This document shows, piece after piece, positions 48,196-55,523 of a stretch of DNA of 57,348 nucleotides. A model generated the notes under the pieces. It was not told the origin of the DNA. It did no database searches and saw nothing but the letters and a program-made list of their open reading frames with translations. A program made the position numbers and the translations under genes. The DNA lies in the NCBI GenBank assembly GCA_012960835.1, contig DUAL01000305.1, positions 1-57,348 on the forward strand, read 5' to 3'. This DNA is from Flavobacteriales bacterium (lineage in GTDB: Bacteria > Bacteroidota > Bacteroidia > Flavobacteriales > BACL11). Positions within the stretch are counted from its first letter, which is position 1. Every line of letters starts with the position of its first letter.

Positions 48196-49734
48196 ATGGC
48201 AAATTATGAAGATGTTTTTAAAAAAGTAGTGGCGCATGCAAAAGAGTATGGATTTGTATTTCAATCTTCCGAGATTTATGATGGCTTAGCAGCTGCTTAC
48301 GATTACGGACCGAATGGAGTAGAATTAAAAAATAACATCAAAAACTATTGGTGGAAATCCATGGTGAATATGCACGAAAATATTGTCGGCTTAGATGCCT
48401 CTATTTTCATGCACCCTACTACTTGGAAAGCTTCCGGACATGTAGATGCTTTTAACGACCCTTTAATTGATAATAAAGATTCGAAAAAAAGATACCGTGC
48501 AGATGTTTTAATTGAAGATCATATTGCCAAGATTGAAGCTAAAATTGAAAAGGATGTAACGAAAGCTGCAAAGCGTTTTGGAGATGCTTTTAACAAAGAG
48601 GAATTTGTAACTACTAATGGTAGAATTTTAGATAGACAAAAACAAATTGATGCCATTAATGAAAAAATGAATACTTCCCTTTCTTCAGGAGATTTGGAAG
48701 GCGTAAAAACATTAATTGAGCAGTTGGATATAAAATGCCCAGTTTCTGGGACTAATAACTGGACGGATGTTCGTCAATTTAATTTGATGTTTAAAACCCA
48801 AATGGGCGCTACTGCTGATGGTTCTTCCGATTTGTATTTGCGACCAGAAACGGCTCAAGGAATTTTTGTAAATTTCCTGAATGTACAGAAAACGGCTCGT
48901 ATGAAAATTCCTTTTGGGATTGCTCAAATCGGAAAAGCCTTCCGTAATGAAATTGTAGCGCGTCAGTTTATTTTCAGAATGCGTGAGTTCGAACAAATGG
49001 AAATGCAATTTTTTGTTCGCCCAGGAGAGGAAATGAAGTGGTACGAATATTGGAAAGATTTCCGTATGAAATGGCACCAAGCACTTGGAATGGGAGAGGA
49101 AAATTATCGTTTCCATGACCATGAAAATTTGGCGCATTATGCCAATGCTGCTACCGATATTGAGTTTAAATTCCCGTTTGGATTTAAAGAATTAGAGGGG
49201 ATCCATTCGCGAACTGATTTCGATTTAAAAGCCCATCAAGAACATTCTGGAAAAAAATTACAATATTTTGATCCTGAATTAGGGGAAAGCTACGTGCCGT
49301 ATGTAGTAGAGACTTCCATTGGTTTGGACAGAATGTTCCTTACTGTTTTGAGTCATTCTTTCCGTGAAGAAAAATTGGAAAATGGAGAAAGCAGGGTTGT
49401 GCTAAAAATTCCTGCTTTTTTAGCTCCTATAAAAGCGGCTATTCTTCCACTTACCAAAAAAGATGGAATGCCAGAAAAAGCAAGAGAAGTAATGAAAATG
49501 TTACAACTTGATTTCAATTGCCAGTATGAAGAAAAAGATTCTATCGGGAAAAGATATAGAAGACAAGATGCGATTGGAACCCCATTCTGTATTACGATTG
49601 ACCATCAAACTTTAGAAGATAATACGGTTACCATTAGAGATAGAGACACTATGAAACAAGAAAGAGTAACAGTTGATAAACTACACGCTATAATTGCTGA
49701 AAAAGTAAATATTGCTAAGTATTTAGAAAGCTAA
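48196..49734 (+). CDS. glyQS: Glycine--tRNA ligase (dimeric alpha2 type)
   Basis: Class II motifs including GKAFRNEIVARQFIFRMREFEQMEMQFF, plus a C-terminal anticodon-binding domain. Length is 512 aa. Confidence 0.95.
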   Translation: MANYEDVFKKVVAHAKEYGFVFQSSEIYDGLAAAYDYGPNGVELKNNIKNYWWKSMVNMHENIVGLDASIFMHPTTWKASGHVDAFNDPLIDNKDSKKRYRADVLIEDHIAKIEAKIEKDVTKAAKRFGDAFNKEEFVTTNGRILDRQKQIDAINEKMNTSLSSGDLEGVKTLIEQLDIKCPVSGTNNWTDVRQFNLMFKTQMGATADGSSDLYLRPETAQGIFVNFLNVQKTARMKIPFGIAQIGKAFRNEIVARQFIFRMREFEQMEMQFFVRPGEEMKWYEYWKDFRMKWHQALGMGEENYRFHDHENLAHYANAATDIEFKFPFGFKELEGIHSRTDFDLKAHQEHSGKKLQYFDPELGESYVPYVVETSIGLDRMFLTVLSHSFREEKLENGESRVVLKIPAFLAPIKAAILPLTKKDGMPEKAREVMKMLQLDFNCQYEEKDSIGKRYRRQDAIGTPFCITIDHQTLEDNTVTIRDRDTMKQERVTVDKLHAIIAEKVNIAKYLES

Positions 49735-49737
49735 TTT

Positions 49738-50301
49738 TTACTTTCCATTAAAATCGGACATGGTTTTTGTAATCCCAATAGTTGTAAATGCCTGAATTAT
49801 TTTAATGGATTGTTCTATTCTTTCAGTAAGTTTTTTGCTATGCTTAAAAGTCCAATTATCCAAAACATAATCGGCCTGCCCGCCTATTGAAAAATCATTT
49901 CCAACTCCAAATCTTAATCTAGCATACACATGATGGCCAAGCACAGCCTCAATATCTTTTAGTCCATTATGCCCACCATCTGATCCCTTTTCTCGTAATC
50001 GCAAAGTACCGAATTCAAGAGCAGTATCGTCCGTTACAATTAACAGATTTTTGATATCTACTTTGTGCTTTTGCAACCAATAATTTACAGCTTTACCGCT
50101 CAAATTCATAAAAGTTGTTGGCTTTACAAGATGCAAAGTTCTCCCTTTAAATTTTACAGTGGCTAAATGAGCGTGCTTGTCAGGGGTAAAAGAAATATTG
50201 GATGCCTCACAAAGGGCATCCAATATTTTAAATCCTATATTATGACGAGTATTTTTATACTCCTCACCAGGGTTACCTAATCCTACGATTAAGTATTTCA
50301 T
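49738..50301 (-). CDS. pth: Peptidyl-tRNA hydrolase
   Basis: MKYLIVGLGNPGEEYKNTRHNIGF N-terminus. Confidence 0.95.
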   Translation of the reverse strand: MKYLIVGLGNPGEEYKNTRHNIGFKILDALCEASNISFTPDKHAHLATVKFKGRTLHLVKPTTFMNLSGKAVNYWLQKHKVDIKNLLIVTDDTALEFGTLRLREKGSDGGHNGLKDIEAVLGHHVYARLRFGVGNDFSIGGQADYVLDNWTFKHSKKLTERIEQSIKIIQAFTTIGITKTMSDFNGK

Positions 50302-50303
50302 TT

Positions 50304-50987
50304 TTATTCAGCAGCTGGTTTTTCTTCCGATCCTGCTTCTCCTTCAGCTTTTTCTGTTGCTTTCGTTTCCTCTGCTGCTGCTCCTTCTTCCCCTTCAATA
50401 ATCTCTCCTTCTAATTCTTCTTCCTCTTCTTCCTCAATTATAAGTTCTCTTGCCGTTCTTACGCCTACAACTACTGCATTGTCAAGAGCTAAAAATGAGT
50501 ATTTATCCACTCTCAAATCCTTGATAAAAATAGACTGCCCTATATCCAAATCTTCAATATTTATTTCGATATAATCAGGCAAATTGCCAGGAATGGCTCT
50601 GGTAATAATTTTTCTTCTTCTAAAAGATAAAACGCCACCATTTCTTATCCCAATAGACATTCCTTCCAAATGAACAGGAATAGTCATTGTAACTTCTTTA
50701 TCATCAAAAATTTGTAGAAAATCTAAATGAAGTAACTTATCTGTTGCTGGATGAAACTGCAAATCTTGCATTACTGCCTGATATTTTTCTCCTTCAATGT
50801 CTAATTCTACAATAAATACATCTGGGGTGTACACAAGGTTTCTAAAATCATTTTCATGAGCATAGAAACACACTTGCTTTTCTCCCCCGTAAAGTACGCA
50901 TGGTACATTACCCTGATTTCTTAGTGCTTTGGAATCTGTTTTTCCAGTTCCATTTCTTAGTTTTGCACTAATTGCTAGTGTTTTCAT
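50304..50987 (-). CDS. rplY: 50S ribosomal protein L25 / general stress protein Ctc, with acidic C-terminal extension
   Basis: L25/TL5 N-terminal and central domains (RNQGNVPCVLYGG...), in the conserved prs-rplY-pth order. Confidence 0.92.
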   Translation of the reverse strand: MKTLAISAKLRNGTGKTDSKALRNQGNVPCVLYGGEKQVCFYAHENDFRNLVYTPDVFIVELDIEGEKYQAVMQDLQFHPATDKLLHLDFLQIFDDKEVTMTIPVHLEGMSIGIRNGGVLSFRRRKIITRAIPGNLPDYIEINIEDLDIGQSIFIKDLRVDKYSFLALDNAVVVGVRTARELIIEEEEEEELEGEIIEGEEGAAAEETKATEKAEGEAGSEEKPAAE

Positions 50988-51017
50988 TTTTAAATTTGTT
51001 TTTGGTTTGTAATTAAT

Positions 51018-51950
51018 TTAACAGATAAAATTCTCGCTTATCGATTTTTTATCGTGTATTCTTTTTATAGTATCGGCAAAAAGAACTGCTACCGAAATTT
51101 CTTTTATTTTACTGCTTTTATGTTCCCTTGGGATGGTGTCGGTCACTACAATTTCTGTTAGCTGTGAGTTCTCTAAGCGTTCGTATGCGTTTGCAGAAAA
51201 AAGTCCGTGCGTACAAATTGCTCTCACACTGCTTGCCCCTTGGGTTATCATTAAATCGGCTGCTTTTGTAAGTGTGCCTGCCGTATCTACCATATCGTCA
51301 ATCATAACTATGTCTTTCCCTTTCACATCTCCAATTAGCATCATTTTACTTATTTCATTGGCTTTTTCTCGGTGTTTGTAGCAAACTACCACCTCAGCAT
51401 TTAAGAATTTGGCATAAGTATTTGCTCTTTTCGATCCCCCCATATCAGGGGATGCAATAGTAAGATTTGGTAAATTGAGACTCTTTATATAAGGAACAAA
51501 AAGGGTTGATGCGTAGAGATGATCGACAGGAACTTCAAAAAATCCTTGTATCTGGTCGGCATGTAAATCGATAGTCATTATTCTGTCAACCCCAGCAGCA
51601 GTAAGTAAATTTGCAATTAGTTTTGCGGCAATTGGCACTCTTGGTTTCCCTTTTTTATCTTGTCTTGCAAAGCCAAAGTACGGTAAAACGGCAACCACCG
51701 AATTGGCTGATGCTCTTTTTGCTGCATCAATCATTAATAATAATTCCATCAAATTTTCAGCAGGCGGCATGGTGGATTGTACGATAAAAACATCTGCACC
51801 TCTTATGGTTTCGTCAAAGGATGGCTCAAATTCTCCATCAGCAAATTCAATAACCGATTCGTTTCCTAATTTCACGCCAAAACTTTCTGCAATTTTGTGT
51901 GCTAAATTTCTGGATGCTCGTCCGGAGAATATTTTTATTTTTGTTTCCAA
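51018..51950 (-). CDS. prs: Ribose-phosphate pyrophosphokinase
   Basis: DLHADQIQGFF and the PRPP-binding loop DDMVDTAGT. The start codon is TTG. Confidence 0.95.
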   Translation of the reverse strand: METKIKIFSGRASRNLAHKIAESFGVKLGNESVIEFADGEFEPSFDETIRGADVFIVQSTMPPAENLMELLLMIDAAKRASANSVVAVLPYFGFARQDKKGKPRVPIAAKLIANLLTAAGVDRIMTIDLHADQIQGFFEVPVDHLYASTLFVPYIKSLNLPNLTIASPDMGGSKRANTYAKFLNAEVVVCYKHREKANEISKMMLIGDVKGKDIVMIDDMVDTAGTLTKAADLMITQGASSVRAICTHGLFSANAYERLENSQLTEIVVTDTIPREHKSSKIKEISVAVLFADTIKRIHDKKSISENFIC

Positions 51951-51985
51951 AGTTTTACTTAATTTTTCCTCTTAAAAATGGGGTG

Positions 51986-51993
51986 CAAATATA
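51986..51993 (-). promoter_or_regulatory. -7 promoter box TATATTTG upstream of prs-rplY-pth
   Basis: Perfect TAnnTTTG on the minus strand, 35 nt upstream of the prs TTG start (51950). Confidence 0.5.
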
Positions 51994-52042
51994 GAATTAT
52001 TGCATCATTTTAACTAATTTTTATTAAATAAAAGATAAATGA

Positions 52043-52073
52043 TTGCCAAGCTGAATGGGATTAATTATTTTCG
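52043..52073 (+). promoter_or_regulatory. Putative tRNA-Leu promoter (-33 TTG ... -7 TATTTTCG)
   Basis: TTG at 52043-52045, a 20-nt spacer, then TATTTTCG at 52066-52073. This is one mismatch from TAnnTTTG. It lies 10 nt before the mature tRNA 5' end. Confidence 0.4.
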
Positions 52074-52083
52074 CCAACCATTT

Positions 52084-52167
52084 GCCCAGATGGCGGAATT
52101 GGTAGACGCGCTGGTCTCAAACACCAGTGGGGTTAAACCCGTGCCGGTTCGAGCCCGGCTCTGGGCA
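52084..52167 (+). tRNA. tRNA-Leu (anticodon CAA)
   Basis: Hand-folded cloverleaf. The acceptor stem is GCCCAGA/TCTGGGC with discriminator A. The D-arm is GCG...CGC. The anticodon stem is CTGGT/ACCAG with loop CTCAAAC. A long variable arm (TGGGGTTAAACCCGT) marks it as class II. The T-arm is GCCGG-TTCGAGC-CCGGC. CCA is not encoded. Confidence 0.93.
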
Positions 52168-52170
52168 CAA

Positions 52171-52197
52171 AGCCCTCAATTTTGAGGGCTTTTTTTA
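52171..52197 (+). terminator. Intrinsic terminator after tRNA-Leu
   Basis: AGCCCTCA-ATTT-TGAGGGCT gives an 8-bp GC-rich stem, followed by T7. Confidence 0.8.
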
Positions 52198-52212
52198 TAT
52201 ATTGCAACACTT

Positions 52213-52644
52213 ATGGGAAAAAGAGAAAAACTAAAACAAGCACGATATGATAATGCTTATATGAAAATGGCATTGGAATGGGCAAAACTCTCTCACTGCA
52301 AACGAAAGCAAGTGGGTGCGCTAATTGTAAAAAATCGTATGATTATTTCAGATGGCTACAATGGAACCCCCTCAGGATTTAAAAATTGTTGTGAGGATAC
52401 TGATGGGCAGACACATTGGTATGTATTGCATGCGGAGGCAAATGCCATTTTGAAAATTGCCAGTTCCAATCATGATTGCAATGGGGCAACCCTTTATTTA
52501 ACCATGTCGCCATGCAAGGAATGTAGCAAATTGGTGCATCAAGCGGGAATAAAAAGATTGGTATATTTGAAGCAATACAAAGATAAATCTGGAGTGATGT
52601 TTTTAGAAAATGCAGGAATAGAGATAATGAAATTAGTATTCTAA
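52213..52644 (+). CDS. Deoxycytidylate (dCMP) deaminase
   Basis: Zinc motifs HAEANAI and PCKECSKLV. The 143-aa size fits the ComEB/dCMP deaminase family. Confidence 0.88.
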   Translation: MGKREKLKQARYDNAYMKMALEWAKLSHCKRKQVGALIVKNRMIISDGYNGTPSGFKNCCEDTDGQTHWYVLHAEANAILKIASSNHDCNGATLYLTMSPCKECSKLVHQAGIKRLVYLKQYKDKSGVMFLENAGIEIMKLVF

Positions 52645-52645
52645 T

Positions 52646-54205
52646 ATGAGTAAAAGGATTAAAAAACAATATCAACCAATTGCTTTCTCTATTGTTTTAA
52701 TAATTGGGGTGTTAATTGGTAATTTTATCAATAATCCAGAAGATGGAAATAGCAAACTACAAATTCATCAGAGCAGTAAAATCAACACCATTTTACGATT
52801 GATTCAGAGGGATTATGTGGACACTATAAATCAAGCACAATTGGAAGAAAGTGCGGTAAAATCTATTTTGAAAGAGCTGGATCCGCATTCTACTTATATA
52901 AAAAAAGAGCGTCTACAAACGGTAAATGAAGATTTAGAAGGAAGCTTTGGCGGAATTGGTGTGGAATTTAATATTCAGCAAGATTCTATTGTGGTGGTGT
53001 CACCAATAACCGGTGGGCCATCAGAAAGGCTGGGGATAAAATCAGGAGATAGAATTGTGGTGGTAGATGAGGAAAATGTTGCTGGAATTGGCATAGAGAA
53101 CAAAGGTGTGATTGACAGATTAAGAGGAGAAATCGGTACAAAAGTGAGTGTAGGGATAAAACGAAAATCTGTAAAAGAGCTATTAAAATATCGCATTACA
53201 AGAGGTAAAATTCCACTATACAGTTTGGATGTAAAACTGATGCTGGAAGATGGGATTGGATACATCAAACTCAACCGATTTTCTGGTACTACCACTGATG
53301 AATTTTTGGATGCAGTACAATCGCTTTTAAATAGTGGGATGGAAAATCTGATTCTAGATTTGAGAGGTAACCCTGGCGGATATTTAGGGGCGGCCATTAA
53401 TATAAGTGATGCCTTTTTAGGTAGTGGGGAAATGATTGTGTTCACAAAAGGGAGAAAGAGAAAAAGGCAAGAATTTCATGCCGATAAAAAGGCTTTGCTC
53501 ACAAATTGTAAAGTAGTGGTTTTGGTAGATGAGGGCTCGGCTTCTGCCTCTGAAATTGTAGCTGGGGCTTTGCAAGATAATGATAGAGCAACTATTGTAG
53601 GTAGAAGAACTTTTGGCAAGGGCTTGGTTCAAGAGCAAATAGAATTGTATGATGGCTCGGCTGTACGCCTAACCACCCAACGCTACTACACTCCAACGGG
53701 AAGAAGCATACAAAAACCATACGAAAACGGGAAAGAAGATGATTATTTTATGGAAGTATATGAAAGATTGGAAAATGGGGGGGAGGATAGTTTGGCTATT
53801 GCTGACTCCCTAATTTTTACCACTCCAAAAGGGAAAAAGGTTTATGGAGGCGGTGGCATTACCCCTGACTATTATGTGGCTTTGGATACTACTTTGGACA
53901 GTAAAAAATTAAACCCTTTTTTTAGCAAAAATTGGATTTTTAATTTTTGCTTTGATTATGCCGACACCCACAGAGAAAGCTTAACAGAAAAGCAGCTTTT
54001 AGAAAGAGATATTTATACGGCTTTTAAATTATTTATAAATACTAAAAATGCAGAATTTGTTTTTGATTTGAACCAAAATGAAAGGAACTACCTCATTAAA
54101 CAACTAAAAGCCAATATTGGCAGAAACCTTTGGGGGAATGAAGTTTTTTATAGCATTTTGTTGCAAGATGATAGATTTGTGGATAGGGCAATAAAAGAGT
54201 TTTAA
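52646..54205 (+). CDS. S41 family C-terminal processing peptidase (second paralog)
   Basis: N-terminal TM anchor, PDZ segment (GDRIVVVDEENV), DLRGNPGGY, and EGSASASEIVAGAL. Confidence 0.88.
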   Translation: MSKRIKKQYQPIAFSIVLIIGVLIGNFINNPEDGNSKLQIHQSSKINTILRLIQRDYVDTINQAQLEESAVKSILKELDPHSTYIKKERLQTVNEDLEGSFGGIGVEFNIQQDSIVVVSPITGGPSERLGIKSGDRIVVVDEENVAGIGIENKGVIDRLRGEIGTKVSVGIKRKSVKELLKYRITRGKIPLYSLDVKLMLEDGIGYIKLNRFSGTTTDEFLDAVQSLLNSGMENLILDLRGNPGGYLGAAINISDAFLGSGEMIVFTKGRKRKRQEFHADKKALLTNCKVVVLVDEGSASASEIVAGALQDNDRATIVGRRTFGKGLVQEQIELYDGSAVRLTTQRYYTPTGRSIQKPYENGKEDDYFMEVYERLENGGEDSLAIADSLIFTTPKGKKVYGGGGITPDYYVALDTTLDSKKLNPFFSKNWIFNFCFDYADTHRESLTEKQLLERDIYTAFKLFINTKNAEFVFDLNQNERNYLIKQLKANIGRNLWGNEVFYSILLQDDRFVDRAIKEF

Positions 54206-54220
54206 ATCGGTTTCAATAGT

Positions 54221-54649
54221 ATGAAAAAACTACTTATTCTATTATTTGCTATTCCATTAATTGGGTTCTCACAACAAGAAACTAAAAGAGAATATTATGT
54301 TAGTGGAAAATTATTATCTATTGTAAATTACAAAGATGGAATTAGAGATGGTGCTTGCAAATACTTTTGGGATTATGGCGCATGGGCAATAAAATCAGAA
54401 GTGAATTATAAAAATGGTAAAATGATAGGTTTAATGAGAACTTATCATAAAAACGGCCAAATAGAACATGAAGGAAATTACAAATACACTGAAAAGGAAG
54501 TATATAGTAGAAAAGATGGGGTATGGAAAACCTATTATGAAGATGGAAAATTAAGAATGGAGTCTATCATTAAAGATGGCATACAGGGAGACTGGAAATC
54601 TTATGATACAGATGGGGAACCACAACCCATGACAGGAGATGGTTGTTAA
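54221..54649 (+). CDS. Secreted MORN-variant repeat protein (YwqK-family-like)
   Basis: Signal peptide MKKLLILLFAIPLIGFSQQ, then repeated G..W..Y..NGK/DGKL units (for example DGVWKTYYEDGKLRME). Confidence 0.6.
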   Translation: MKKLLILLFAIPLIGFSQQETKREYYVSGKLLSIVNYKDGIRDGACKYFWDYGAWAIKSEVNYKNGKMIGLMRTYHKNGQIEHEGNYKYTEKEVYSRKDGVWKTYYEDGKLRMESIIKDGIQGDWKSYDTDGEPQPMTGDGC

Positions 54650-54668
54650 AGGACTATCTTAAAAACCC

Positions 54669-54722
54669 CTACTCTACGGTAATAGATTTAGCTAAATTTC
54701 TTGGCTGGTCCACATTGCAGTT
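54669..54722 (-). pseudogene. glmS: Orphan glmS 3'-end fragment (last 17 codons + stop)
   Basis: The minus strand reads NCNVDQPRNLAKSITVE-TAG, against NCNVDQPRNLAKSVTVE-TAA at the end of intact glmS (55523-55470). 42/54 nt are identical. The fragment has no upstream glmS sequence and directly abuts the methyltransferase stop codon. Confidence 0.8.
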
Positions 54723-55457
54723 TTACTCCTGATTTTTATGAGAAATCACAAGATAAAAATCAGAACATAATAGTTTGATTCCAAGCAATCTTATAAATTC
54801 TTCATATAATACTACTATCAAAAAAAGTGGAGGAAAGAAACTAAAATAATGAGATGCATTATAATTAATTTTTTCTTCAATAATCTCTAAATGATTTTTC
54901 TTACAAAGATTTTTAAATCCTATATAATTACACTTATGGTAATAGGATTTCCACCCCCTAGCTCCTTTTTTCGACCAAGGTAAAAATGTCTTTAATACTA
55001 TTTCTTTCAGGTCGTGTGATAAGATTCGATTTAAGATAGAAAATGGATGCAAATTAGATGGCTGTCGGCAAACAATAATACCCTTTTCACTAAGTAATCC
55101 CTTTAACTTCTTGAAAGAACCAAAATTATCTTTAATATGCTCCATTACCATATTTAATAATATTAAATCATATTTTTCAGTTGTTTCAAAACTTTCTAAA
55201 TCTGTTACCTCAAAGTACTCAAATTTTATTTTAGTTTCTTTTAAATTAATAGATTGGTCAGGATCTATACCATGCAAAATAATATTATATTTTTCTTTTA
55301 CTTGTTTCTTGCATACTGGCCTAACATTACAGCCAACCTCTAATACTTTTTTAATGTTATTCTTTTTAAAAATAGTATTAAGCTCCTGATTTATGCTATA
55401 CCGTTTTTCCCGATAGTTATTTACAAAATCAGCAAATTTCTTAAAACTCCTTAGCAT
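54723..55457 (-). CDS. Class I SAM-dependent methyltransferase
   Basis: Motif I-like KKVLEVGCNV, an acidic post-I residue (LHGIDPD), and DLILLNMVMEHI (Methyltransf_11/23-like). The gene is visibly more AT-rich than its neighbours and lies 12 nt downstream of the glmS stop. Confidence 0.75.
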   Translation of the reverse strand: MLRSFKKFADFVNNYREKRYSINQELNTIFKKNNIKKVLEVGCNVRPVCKKQVKEKYNIILHGIDPDQSINLKETKIKFEYFEVTDLESFETTEKYDLILLNMVMEHIKDNFGSFKKLKGLLSEKGIIVCRQPSNLHPFSILNRILSHDLKEIVLKTFLPWSKKGARGWKSYYHKCNYIGFKNLCKKNHLEIIEEKINYNASHYFSFFPPLFLIVVLYEEFIRLLGIKLLCSDFYLVISHKNQE

Positions 55458-55469
55458 TTTTATTTGGGT

Positions 55470-55523
55470 TTATTCCACAGTAACGCTCTTAGCTAAATTT
55501 CTTGGCTGATCTACATTGCAATT
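55470..55523 (-). repeat. glmS 3'-terminal 54 nt, the direct-repeat partner of 54669-54722
   Basis: See the pseudogene entry. This is an imperfect direct repeat (42/54 nt) flanking the methyltransferase ORF. Confidence 0.8.

Noticed and set aside
52084-54700. tRNA-Leu as an integration site for a genomic island
   Set aside because: There is no integrase downstream. I found no repeat of the tRNA 3' end. The downstream genes (dCMP deaminase, S41 peptidase) are ordinary core-type genes.
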